NCBI GenBank assembly: GCA_000826855.1
Contig: JTLS01000079.1
Location: 1-34,023, forward strand
Length of the DNA: 34,023 nucleotides
Origin: Basidioascus undulatus
Taxonomy: Eukaryota
Direction: 5' to 3'
The notes beneath the pieces were generated by a model. The model saw nothing but the letters and a program-made list of their open reading frames with translations, ran no database searches and was not told where the DNA came from. The position numbers and the translations under genes are program-made. How positions within the stretch are numbered: position 1 is the first letter of the stretch; every line of letters begins with the position of its first letter. Below, in pieces: positions 11,972 to 23,996 of this stretch.

Positions 11972-14900
11972 ATGACCGTTGACGTTTCGCAAGCGCACGC
12001 GCTGGCGCAAGCGCTCAAAGCCGAGGGCAACGCCGCCTACACCGCGCAGGACTTCCCTCGTGCCGTCGCTCTACAGCCAGGCAGCTCACCTCGAGCCGTC
12101 CGAGCTTGTCTACCTTTCGAACTTCTCTGCCGTTCAGACAAGCGCGGTCTGTACTCTGTCGCTCTCGAATCCGCCGACAGGGCCCTCGCTCTGGCGGAAG
12201 CAGCCGACCAGGGCTTGACGGCCAAGCGCCTGCTGCGCAAGGCGAGGTGCCTCGTGCAGCTGAGGCGAGACGGAGACGCGCTCGAAGTGATGCGAGGGGT
12301 GGAAGAGAGAAGTGAGAAGGGGCGGCGCAGACGAGTGGAAAGGCCGCGAAGGCCCTGAAGCAGGCGCTCGAGCGGAAGAGGTCGCTGGAGATGGAAGACG
12401 CGGGCGAGATGGATGTAAAGCGTCAGGTCATGTGAGTGTTGCCTTTTGTCTGTAGTTCTGACAAATGGACGAGAGGGAGTGTACAGACGATGATTGAGGG
12501 ACATTTAGGAAGCTGCCGCGGTACCGGCCTCAGCCAACCCGATGCAAGAGTACTACGTTGTAAGGCACCTCCTACTCCTTCCGTTCCTCCAGCACGTAAC
12601 TGAACATACCTGAACTTCCGTGCACTCCGAAGTGCGGCCATGGAAAAGCATCCTCCTTGCTGTCCGCCTATCTCGACGGCAACGAGCCCGAAGTCGTCTC
12701 AGGCAAGCTCGGCATCCGCGTCCCGCCTGCGACCGAGCCGTTCGATTTCGCTTGCCTCTTCGGCGGCATTGGCGATGTGCGCCACCTGTCGCGACCCTCA
12801 TCGACTGCGTGCAGCAGGTCAAGGAGCGCAGGCGGGCGGCTTCCGAGGTCGGCGCGGGCGGTGAGAGCAAGGCGCGGTTCCAGTTCACACTTGTGAGGCT
12901 TCCTATTTTGTCGTCGTTGATGTTATTTCTCCTGCCCTGTTTTACACGTAATATGGCGGCATTTGAGATGGCGAGAGCGTGTGCTTTCTACACTCTCGCC
13001 GAGCTGTCTGACCACAGCTCTTCAGAGCGTTCGAATACTATACGAGTGGTCGATCTGCTCGCAATGCTACACTATCTCTAGTGCATGCAATGGCTCGCAC
13101 TCTTCATTCCACCGGTCCCGTCTTGACGCGCCTGCTGATCGCTGGCCCCTCTTGCGCAGCTGGTCGGCCGTAATCTCGCCTTCCGTGTACGATACGATGC
13201 TCGCGATTATTTAGCATGTGCGCGCGAACCTCTCGCCCGCGTCGGACGCGCACGAGCCCTTCAGCCTCCCGTGGCTCTTCATCGAGCCCGACAGCGTCCC
13301 CCGCATCCTGGACGTGCTCGATTGGTGGCTCGGCCCGGCTGGCGAATTCATGACATCCGTGCGGCAATACGGTCTATTAAGTACGTTGGACTGGACGCAG
13401 ACATCCCCCTTCAGGCTGCGGGAGTGAAGGGCGCGGTTCACTCATGCGTTGGGTGCACGGTACAGGTTGTCGTCGCTTGGGCAGAGCATTGAGGATAATG
13501 TGTTCCTGAGAGACGAAGACACTTCCCGATGCGTTCCTTCAACATCTTTTACGAAATCCCCTCGCATGCGCGGCTTCTCGTGACCGCCCACAGGACGCCG
13601 AGGCTGCCAAAAGCGTTGCAGTTCCTGCAGGAGCTCACTGCAGGAGCTCAACGACCCATCGAACGAGGGCAACCTCGTCAAAGCCACCGGCGCATGAGCT
13701 ACAAGGACCTCAAAGTTCTTTAGCCTCTCGCCTTCGTCGACGAGCCTGAGGAGGTCAAGGAGTCCTTCGACTGGATCCGCAAGAGGGAGGAGACGGATGA
13801 GGATGTGGAGATCGTCAGGGCACGGGCGGAGAAGAACTTGAAGGTTAACATCACGTACGTGGAATGTTTCTACTATCACTCTTCGCTCTTACCGCAGCCG
13901 CTTATTAGTCTTTAGTTCTTCAAACAGCCGCAAGTGGGTGACGCGCTCCAAGCCGGACGTTCTCGCGTGCCCTCCCATGTCTGTTTCTTGCTTACACCGC
14001 GGTTTCATTGCAGTTCAACCATGATCCGTTCCAGAACGGCCGCTTACTTTTCTCCGTTCGTACTCCTTTGTTTGCTGCATCTCGCGCAATATTGACCGGA
14101 CTCACTTGCGCACACCTCCAACCAGTCGAGCCGCGATACGAAAAGGGCATCTCGCTCTACGAGTGGTCATGCATATTCTTGGACCATACAGCCGAAGCCG
14201 TACGGGGCTGGGGCGCGGCGAGACGGACGCGCTCAAGCTTGAGGTCATACTCGGCGATGCTTTCGGCGTGATGGACGATCAGGCATGGTAAGTTTTCAGC
14301 CCGCTGATGTGCTTCCTGGCCACCTCACTGCTTTGACTTATATACTGTACGCGCACAATGACAATCGCGAGATATGCGTCCTTCCCGGCTGAATTCGACC
14401 GCGTGCATTTGTCGAAGTACGTCTTGCAGTTGAGCGCTCCTGTCCTTCAATCGAAGTTATCTCACACATCCATCCTGTATCAGTGTGCCTGATTACTCTG
14501 GGGATAAGATAGTCTGCGTTGGACATTTCACGTTGAGCTGGGCCTCTCAGCGCCGTCTTTCGAATATCTGCAGGCCACCTGTCAACCTTCACGGTCGCGC
14601 AGCGCATTCTGAAGCCGCACGCGAAAGCTTTCACTACCGCTAACATCCTTCTCAACACCGGTGGTAAGGCATCTCAGACGTTGAGCATCCTGAGACCGCT
14701 CAACATACATCTCATACGTTGGTTAGTTTTTGAGAACGCGCTCGAAGGCTCGTACGACGTTGCCGTTGCCTCGGTCTTGCACCTCATTGAACTGACGCAC
14801 GACAACCCTTCTCCGATCGCATCTGCCTGCTGTTCTGCGCACTTTCGAAGACGAGGTCAAAAGGTTTGAATAGCAAAAATTCAAGTGACAACAAGGGCAG

Positions 14901-15087
14901 ATCGTTGCAAGACCCACCTCGTCTCCCCAGGATTGTGAGGCTCGGCCACTTCGAACAGGGTAAGGATTTGGAGGCTCTCTTTAGCGGAGCAGCCCAGAAG
15001 GAAGTGGGGTTTCAACTGACAAGCATGTTGTTGGAGCACATCTTTTGGGGATCAATCTATCATATGACTGAAAGAGTATCAGAATGA
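11972..15087 (+). pseudogene. TPR + DUF4470-like protein pseudogene
   Basis: N-terminal TPR (ALKAEGNAAYTAQDFPRAV..YSQAAHLEPSELVYLSN), plus LPRYRP, FACLFGGIGDVRHL and spliced FPAEFDRVHLSN|VPDY motifs that I recognise from fungal TPR-DUF4470 proteins. Frameshifts at ~12068 and ~12138 and in-frame stops at 13212, 13425 and 13721. The 3' end is approximate. Confidence 0.75.
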
Positions 15088-15306
15088 GCAAACTGTGAAG
15101 CACTCAGTAATCCCACCAGTGGACAGGCGACGCGTGCGTGCAAGCACAATTTGCGGAAGACCAGCTTCCATCAATTTCAACACCAGAGTACCCCCTTCCT
15201 ACAGTTACATTCAAGGTATCGCGACAAAGCAAAGCCCAAGAGAAGCAAAGTTCTAGCAGTTTGATTTGCCAGAGCCCGTAAAAGGGGGGGAGGACCGATG
15301 CACGGT

Positions 15307-16402
15307 TTAGGCGACACGGGCTGCGATGAAGTCCGCTGCCTGCGCTGCGTCTGTACCATATCCATAATCGATGTGATCGATAACGTTGAACCCGCTGTGC
15401 GTAACAAAACCTTATATCTGTCAGACCGGAGAGGTGATGAATCTCAGAAGACGTGAGAGTGACTTGCTTAAGGCAAACAGGGTCGCCCTCGTGGCAGATC
15501 TTCCCCAGAGTAGCGCCAAAGTCAGCGTCACGGTAAAAGGAAAAAAAGGAAAAAGGAGAGGAGCACACACCGAGAGGACGTTCGCCGCGTTGTTGACCGG
15601 CCAGTCGTCGTTCAGTCCGAGGGTGATGCGGTAGCTGTGGCGAAGAGCATGATTCGAGGGGTGACGTAGCAGCATTGAGCGTTCGTGCATACGGGTCCCC
15701 GAAGACGACTACTGCTTTCACGCGGTTCTTCAGGTTTTGTGGCAGCTGGGTGACTGTGCAGGAGCAAGGCCATCAATTGCATGTGTTAGGCAAGTTGCTA
15801 AGAGGTGGAAGGGCGGTGGTTTGCGAGGCTTACGGTGAACAACCATGGCTCCCTTCGAGTAGCCACTGATGGCAAACTGCTGGTCCGGGCAAGCAGCGGC
15901 TTGGGCAGTAATGTGTTGCTCGAGATCACGGGCACCCTGGCTGGGACTGACGAGGTATTCGGCCGTGCTGGGGTAGTTCACGCCGTAGGACTGTGTTCCA
16001 CCAGGCCGTCAGTCAGAATGGCAAAGTCTAGTTTGCAATTAGCGAATAAGCCTACCGTGACACTGAACAAAGGGAAACAAGTCAAACTGATCAGCAATGG
16101 GGTTTGAAATTCGGACGTCGAGGTTAGGCGGCGTACCCAGGAATCCGCCTCTGAAGCTGAGCGAACAGCGGGTTGCCGATCACCCCTCCCAGGCCGGGGA
16201 GCTCGAAAGTGCCGCGAGCGCTTATGAACTCGAGGCGGGAGCAGGGGGCACGGGGCTGAATAACGTCCAGGGGCGCAGTGAATGCAACGGTAGCTGCACC
16301 GACCTGACGGAGGGGGAAAGAGGAACAAGTAAGTACATTGGCATGTCTGAGATGTCGCACAAGATAAGGACGTACAATAGCGACGATGATGGAATAGCGC
16401 AT
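15307..16402 (-). CDS. Secreted cutinase-family (CE5) esterase
   Basis: Spliced product MRYSIIVAIVGAATVAFTAPL (signal peptide)...CSRLEFISARGTFE...GVTSYGVNYP...ACPDQQFAISGYSKGAMVVH...VKAVVVFGDPY...ICHEGDPVCLNGFNVIDHIDYG...FIAARVA*. Ser-Asp-His triad and the paired cysteines are present. Confidence 0.9.
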
Positions 16403-18979
16403 CGCAGGTTCAAGTGTTGCGGTCGAGTAGGGAAGGAAGACTGCCGCGAAGCTGGACTGAGAGCAAGTTGGGCAGAAACCATTGCAGCTCGAGAAGTCCT
16501 TTTATGCCGCGATGACTGCCGTCGGCTGCAATGGAATGTTGCAGTGAGTTGGCATCATTCGATACAACTGTTCTATGAAAGCTGCCGAGAGCAGTGCAGG
16601 CGCGCACAATTGGGGTGGTGCTGCAGGGAGACCAGGCGTGCACCCCCAGTCCTCTGGACGCCAGTGCAAGTGCCCAGGAAGGGATGATCTACAAGAAGTT
16701 TTTCGGTAACCAATGGACCGTGTTCCGGTACTCCCGTGCTCCTATCCCTTGAGGAAGGAGGAGGGAAAGGGCCAAGCAGCCAGCCAGCTGCTGGCGTTGT
16801 GCCTCGAGGATTTCTGCAGCCGAGGCGACACCAGCCTGGTCGGCACGCGGTCTGAAACGGGTTCCTGAGTGTGCACTGAATGAGAACGGAGATAAGAGTA
16901 TGTTTGGTGAATAGCAAACGAGTAATGCAACGCCGACTCAGTCGTCCAGCAGGGTCATCTGACACGGGCTGTATTAACATCGACGTTCGACGCGGCAGTC
17001 GGTATTTGTCAACGGACCGGGTGGCTTTGCCTCTCCTACATTGCTGCCGGACAAATCCCCATTTGCCATAAAGGTTCTGAAATACTCACCACTGACCGAC
17101 GTTCCCGTGAAAGCTGCCGAGGATTGCAACCGACTCACAGGTGTGGCCATGCGCACCCCACGCAGCGCGCATGCAGGCGTGAGCGGATGAGCAGGAATGC
17201 AGGCGCGACATCATCGAGGGAAGCATGGCTAAGAAAATTTAGGCCTTTATCTGCAATAACTGATCCCAAAGAGCTTAAGGCAATCCCAGCTGAGCTTGCT
17301 GCAAGGGATCCGAGTACCCACAGCACTGTTTGCGAGGTCGGGCACACACTTGGCACACAGGTGACGAATCGGCCGCACCTCTTCTTTCGCCTATATTTTT
17401 CAAGAAAGGGTTAGAAGTCTACTGCTCTAGGTACCTTCAATAATTTCACCCGTTTACCACGCAATAACCTCGCCGAGCGTCGCCGTGCAAGCCTGTGAGC
17501 GCAGACAACCGCCGTCGATAGGGTTGGACGTGACGTTCGCCCATTGAAGCGGCAACCCCTTCTCCGCGTGGACTGTTCCAAGGGTTGATCCAGGATGCAT
17601 TGGATGTCTCTTCATGTTGCCATTTGTCGGTCAAGTAATGCTTAGCTCACTGTGCGTGGCGGGGCGATGGTCGAAGAGCTAGCGATGTGCGGTCTCGTAA
17701 TAACGTCAATGCGTGTCAAATTATTTCCTCGTGTAGAATTACGCGCAATATCATACAAGCTTTTGGCCATCACAAGGGCGCAGAAAATAGTTGGCAGCTT
17801 CAGAAACAGTTGGGCGTCGTGGAATAGCTACAGTTGGTCAGGTGCCATCGTGTCGTCCAAGAACTGCTTGACGTGGTTGATATCGGAGTCTGGGGTGAGG
17901 GGCTGTTTGCTTTGCTTGACTCTCCGGTGGGCCGGTAAAATGTACAAAATATGAATTTTCGAGCAGAGCACGCGCGGTTGTGTCTCCCAGACGACTGATG
18001 AGAGCTTTGACACTCTTTGCCGTGTCTGAGAATGCAGCCTTTACCGATTGAGCTGGTAAAGTGCTTCTCGATTTATCATTAAAGGAATCCATCAATCACA
18101 CTGGGTCTCGCTGCTAGGTGCGGCACGGCAAGCATGCCGTGATTGGCGTCTCCTGGACTCGACTGTGTAACGCCGGATCATAATCTGTGCGTGTTTTCAG
18201 TGCTCGGAAATAGTAATTCACCCATGACCACAGCGACATTCCTCATTAGCGTAGGAAGAATTGGTCTGCACTGTGAGCGTCAGGCAACCAGAAACCCGGT
18301 TGAAAGTTGAAAGGGATGCAGCAAGTCCGCATACTGCGTCCGTCACGGTTACTCATCGTGAATGCCAAAGCTGGTCGTGAACGCTAAAACTGGCCTACCC
18401 AAGCACATTTGATGCGGATTCCAATCAAATCATTGAATTTTGAAAGTAAAAGAATTGGAGGAGGGAAATGGAAAAAGATGAGGGGAAGGAGCTGGGAAGG
18501 AGAGCGATCTCGCGCAGGACCGGCCCTTAACAAAGAAAGGCTCAAGGACTGGGAAATTCGCAAACTCACCAACTTCCTAGAGGACCGCGCAAGAAGTGAG
18601 TATTGTTGTTGATATTGTTGTGCTCGACGTTGCTAACGACGACGCCGTCACTGTAGGGTGAGATCCAGCTCCTATATCGTTCCCAGCCCCGACGTCTCCG
18701 CCATCCCCCCTCGACGCTCGTCCGACCTGTACCCCCCCATACCGACTTCCTCCTCCGACCCTCTCTAGGCGCGCCTGCGCGCTCGCGGGACAGCCCGCGG
18801 TCTGGAGTATGCTGTATGGGGGCGCTGGGAATGGGAAGTTGTAGGGCGCAGGGCGAAGGGAAGGACCTGGTCCTAGGCGGAAGGAGGACACGGGTCTTGG
18901 GTCACGCGCGCGCGAGAAGACGCAACTTTTGCTGACCCTCTTGCCCTCTCCTCCTGCCTTCATTTGGTCGTAGTTCGCC

Positions 18980-19859
18980 ATGGTACGTCTGATTTTACTT
19001 CTGGGATTTGCTGCGTCTGTCTGTGGGACTCGCAGCTAGGTCGGGCGGGGTATTCTGACTTAGCGCTGGTCCCGGCATGACAGGGTTTCCGCCACAACAA
19101 CGTCCTCCACGCGAACCACTTCCGCAAGGACTGGCAGCGCCGGGTCAAGACCTGGTTCGACCAGCCCGGCAAGAAGAAGTCGCGCCGCGTTGCGCGTGCC
19201 CGCAAGGCGGCGGCTCTCGGCGTCCGCCCGCTCGAGCTCCTCCGCCCGGCTGTGCGCGCGCCGACCGTGCGCTACAACCGCAAGCTCCGCGCCGGCCGTG
19301 GCTTCTCCCTCGCCGAGCTCGAGGCCGCCGGCATCCGCAAGAAGGAGGCGCTCTCGATCGGCATCCCCGTCGACCACCGCCGCCGCAACAAGTCGGAGGA
19401 GGGCCTTAAGCTCAACGTCGACCGCCTCAAGGCCTACCGCGAGCGCCTGATCGTCTTCCCCCGCAACGCCAAGAAGCCGAAGAAGGGCGACTCGACTGTA
19501 CGTATTCGCTCATCTGGGGCCAGATCGAACAACGGTGGGGCTGGGAGGCTTAGGCATGTTGGTTGTTGGCGTCGCGCAGGACACCTCGGCCCCCACCACC
19601 CGCAACGTCCAGTCCGTCCTCCCCATCCCCGCCGGCGTTGCGCACGAGGCCCCGCGCAAGATCACCGCCGAGGAGAAGGAGCTCGACGCCTTCACCACCC
19701 TCCGCAAGCAGCGCAGCGACGCGCGCCACGCTGGTGCCCGCGCAGAGCGTGCTCGCAAGGCAAGTCCTCCCACCATCCCTCAAACCGCTGCATCCACTGA
19801 CTTGGAGGCATTTCGAGCGATTGCAGAAGGCGGAGGAGGAGGAGGCCAAGAAGAAGTAG
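18980..19859 (+). CDS. RPL13: 60S ribosomal protein L13 (eL13)
   Basis: Exons 18980-18982 (ATG), 19084-19497, 19580-19759, 19827-19858/9 give [32 protein letters not shown]...[16 protein letters not shown]...[13 protein letters not shown]...[10 protein letters not shown]. Strong C/G-ending codon bias. Confidence 0.97.
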
Positions 19860-21553
19860 TGCGTATCGCTTTGATCACGTTCTCAAAATGCTCCATCCTA
19901 ACGTGTCGTCCTTTCTCTAGAACGCACCCGCGTCGACGTTCTTACTGCCCTGTCCACCTTCCATGCCGGTCTCTTGTGCCATGTATCTTCGCTGCCTCAA
20001 CCTACGCCTACGCTCTACGAACGAACTTTCAGGGTTGTGTGTGCTGGAAGTGATGTCGAGCGTCGCGGACGTCCGTAAAACTGACCTGACCTGCACTCAC
20101 TCATTTTCGCGTTGCATCCCTCGATCGTCTTGTTCTCCTATTTACCGAGTTCATCGGAACTTTGCCCTATCGCTTCCGGACGTCGGCTCAGCCTGCATTT
20201 GGATGACTTACACTGACCGAACGCACACGTCCGCCGCGCTCTTGCTCAGGTTCGGTGCGTTATTGAGACCAATAGCCGTCCGCATTTGCACTACTGCCAT
20301 GCCCTCTGGCAATAACCTCGGCGCCCAGACGATTGCTGGTTCCTCGTGCGTCGCCACGAACAGGGTACATTCGGAACCACATCGCACTTGAACGCACAGT
20401 CCGAAACACCCTGCTGCTTGAACTGATGCTGTCGCATCTAAACAGCAATCTCTCCGCTCGACGGCGTCCCGCTTGAGAACTGGCAATCCATTGTCGTGCC
20501 TCTGCGTTCTCTTTCGCTTCTGATTCATTTCATCTTCTTTGTAGTCATTTCGTACTTCTACGCACATGGTGAAGTGGTGTTTAAATCGCCGAAGCTCGTG
20601 TGCTCACCGCCTGTCGAACTGTGTCACCCGCAATTCTGCCATGATGCTGAGACTGCCTCGTGGTGGCGGGCGTGCGCAGAAGCCTGGACGCTTGCGATGC
20701 AGGCAAGTGCGACCCAGAAGACAACTTACTACGCGTACAGGCGGTGAACTGGGAATTCAAATCCGAGCTTTCTTTGAAGGCTGTCTCCAGTGCACTTGCT
20801 GTGGAAAAGCCCTTGGGACGGTGGTAGTTACCAAGTTCGCAAGCGGCGACAGTCGTGTCTGACCGTTCACGTCTTGACAACGTCTCAGTGACACGTGAGA
20901 AGACGCTGACTGACTATTCGCCCTGCGCCGGTCCCTTTTCTGTCGTCACCTTGTCAATGTCAAACTGGTGCTGCTCGGCGGTGATTTTCGATCTTGGGTG
21001 CACCAGGCATTTTACATACCTTGCTTCGTGTTGCTGCAGTGCCGTCACAGGCTGTCGACTGCGATCTAGCAGCGACATCCCCGCTGATGCAAGAGTTGAC
21101 AGACACAACAGCTTTACAGCTTCGCCCTCTTGTATTTCTTCAAGCCGAACTCAAGGGAGACCCGAGTTGCAGCAGCCCCAGCCCCCCAGTAACATGAAGG
21201 CGCAACCTCTCAGTGACCAGTGGATTTGCGGCGATTCGCTGCAGTGACAGCAGGCTCTGCGCTCCATTACCTGAGGAGATCAGTAATCAGCACAGTAGTC
21301 TTTGGTTCAGTAATAGGCAGCTCGCAACAGGGGAGCTTGGTAGCGAAAGTGTGGCGCAAGCATTTCTGGAGAAATGTGCCATGGAAAGCCAGCAGCACAG
21401 TCGGTCTCAACCGACACCAGGCTTAGTTCGCAACAACTCCGCGGGCACGCTTCACGAATTCGAAACTTTCCTTTTCAACGCTAATCTAAGACGTCTTTTC
21501 CCGCCTCGTCACTTCTGTTCGCTGACCACACCGAGCGTTCTCGGTTCAATGAG

Positions 21554-22359
21554 ATGGAACGCTCGATCGCTTCCTTCAACGCCTCCTCGACGACACAAAC
21601 GACACCTCAGACCCCTCACACTCTCGAGTTCGATCCATCTCGCTACCCTAGGTCTCGTCCAAGCCGCCGTGTATCGCCTTCTCCTGCTCGAGAAGTTGTG
21701 AAAGATCCAAAGAATGAACGCCCTGGACCGTCACCATCGAAGCGACGGCGCCTCTCGGATCTACCCCCGCCACAGTACCCTCTTGCCTCCGGCGCCTCGC
21801 CCAAGGCTAAACCCGCACCGGCGTCACCTGAATCCCTCACTTCATTCGCTCATCCGCTTCGAGACGCACAATCCAACCCGGCTTCGGGTTCTTCCTCCCC
21901 TATCAAAGAGTCTGCCACCAAAGACCCTCGCACAAGCCCATTGGAAGTGCGCCGGCGCCCCCGTTCCATTTCGTCTACCTCTGATGATCATGGAACAAAT
22001 CCGCCGGCACGCTCATCGCCTTCAAAAATGGTACATACTTCGGCGGACGTTGCGAGCGCAGAGGAGACGCATTCTAAGGCTTGCGGGGAGTGGAACAACG
22101 CAAGAACTATGAGCTGTTGCAATCGATGCGGGAGATGAACTCCGTTTGGTTTCATTGTTGGAAGGAGGTGGGAATTGAATGCGTTTTGGGCTTGGTATCT
22201 GAATGTTGGTTGGGTTGGTGCAAATTGTGCTGTAATGCTTGTTCGGTTCGCGGGCTGGGGGTGAAGCTCACGCTGCGAAACATGCACTCCGCACGAGCGA
22301 GCGGAAAAGGAGAGCAAGAAGACGTGCCAAGGAGGGAGACCAGGCTCTCTGGGTGTTAA
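21554..22359 (+). pseudogene. Ser/Pro-rich protein with basic NLS-like patch and a frameshifted Cys/His-rich C-terminus
   Basis: 194-aa ORF with PSKRRRLS ending MSCCNRCGR*. An overlapping frame continues NSVWFHCWKEVGIEC...WCKLCC. Confidence 0.3.
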
Positions 22360-22886
22360 GCCAGAGGAAGTGGGTCACAATCTTACCTCAGTTGCAGTGC
22401 TCGGTGCTGATGATCATTGGATAATGGGTTGCACTGGATCTTGCTTCACGTTGCTGCGTCGACAGACTTTCAATCGCGACCTGACACCGGCATTTCGACG
22501 AACGTCAAGGTTCATTCCTACCATTATTGACTTCTTTTCTATTTATTTTGAGCTTAACTAATGGAGAAGACCCGAATAGAATAGATGAAGATACAAGCTG
22601 TCAGTGACCAGCGAATACTGTGCGGGCCAAAGTCTGCTGCACTAGCAGCAGGCTGTTTACGGGTCCAGTACTTGAGGAGATCAGAGACCAGTTTAATCTC
22701 CAAAAAAGGGAAAGATCTGTTGCGTCTGTTGCCCTTCGGAAGGCCGAACACCGGCAGGAAATGAGGAGTTATGCTTTGCAGGAGTCGACAACCTGAACGA
22801 CTTGGCCTGGCGTCTCGCACAGGCACCGCGAAGCCTCTCCCTCATCCTGAACTGCTGCCGGCGTCCTGCTTATGTAGCATAGGTGC

Positions 22887-22891
22887 AAAAA
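22887..22891 (-). terminator. RNA polymerase III terminator (T5) of tRNA-Pro
   Basis: Five Ts directly follow the discriminator base on the minus strand. Confidence 0.8.
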
Positions 22892-22987
22892 GGGCCTAAC
22901 CGGGAATTGAACCCGGGACCTCTCCCAAACATGCAACTGCACGGGCTGCCACCCGAAGGGAAAATCATACGACTAGACCATCAGGCC
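22892..22987 (-). tRNA. tRNA-Pro(CGG) with 24-nt intron (22928-22951)
   Basis: The reverse complement folds as acceptor GGCCTGA/TTAGGCC, anticodon arm TTCCC-TT-CGG-G[intron]T-GGGAG and T arm CCGGG-TTCAATT-CCCGG. The intron sits at the canonical 37/38 position. Confidence 0.93.
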
Positions 22988-23996
22988 GATGTGCATAGCG
23001 TCCTCAAATACAATTATCAGTTATCAGTCTTTGAGTACTGCAATGCCGTTTTGGAATCAACCAAGACACTGCGTGTAAGCGAGATAATGCAAACCGAAAC
23101 CCGAGCATTGTGTTCATTAGCAGTGTCGGCAGCTGACGATGCAACGGGACGGCTGTGTATGGGAAGCGGGCGGTTTGGCCTGCGAAGAGCCCGAGATCGC
23201 GTTGGAAACAATGCATGTCGGGAGAGGTAAGTAAAGTTACTTATGAGAAGAAAAAGGTCCTTACGGTCAAGTAATGTGAACCCGTCGGCTAACTATGAGG
23301 CACGATCAGCCTGTGGGTAGTCTCCGTAGTTCGCGATTTCTATGAACAGTCATCGTGAGAAAGAATCCCAACTCCAGGATTAAGAACTCAAAGAAAAGTT
23401 GCCAATAGTATAGGGAGCGCAAGAAAGGATGCGAGCGCAGCTGTGTACAGCAGTGCCGCAACTAGACGGGTCAGGAGAAAAAAGGCATTGAGGTCCGCTT
23501 ACGTGCTGCTAGGACATCACGATAAATTGTTCTAAATATTTCAGGGTAAAAACTGTGGAAGAGCTTACTTACATTCTGGGGCTTTCTGGGATAGCTGGTA
23601 TCAGGGTTTCCAGACCTTGATGAAATCCAGGCGTGCCCGGACTCCTGCTCAACGGCTACCTTTCTTCGGCGAAACTCAGGGGGGCCTCTTTTCTGTCTGC
23701 TTGGGACATTGAGCTACAAAACCGCTGAGTGTAGCTTGAGGGTCCCATCTCTGCGCAGCCAAAACTCGACTGTCTCGCTTCGTTCTTCGCTGGGTTTCGG
23801 CGCATGGACCACATACTCTTGCAGGCCACCTTCTTTCAGCCCGCAACTCAGTTAATACACCAATTAATGTGGATCTGCGTTCAGTCGTGATTGATTTCCT
23901 CCAGCTCGAAGTGCTGCACGTTACTGCACCGAAGGACCGCGTGAAACTCTACTCCCGCTTTATGCAAGTCAAGTGAATTTGATAACGTCAGAATCT

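Noticed and set aside
18114..18141. Hairpin CACGGCA-AGCA-TGCCGTG followed on the minus strand by CTAG, resembling a Helitron 3' end
   Set aside because: CTAG is followed by C rather than T, the spacing is short, and no Rep/helicase remnant or 5' TC end is recognisable.
17000..18600. ORF fragments that might be a transposon relic
   Set aside because: No transposase, integrase or RT motif, and no terminal repeats could be identified by eye.
19060..19849. Long antisense and alternate-frame ORFs over RPL13 (also over GGT, the Mak32-like gene and SEC62)
   Set aside because: These are shadow ORFs expected from strong GC3 codon bias.
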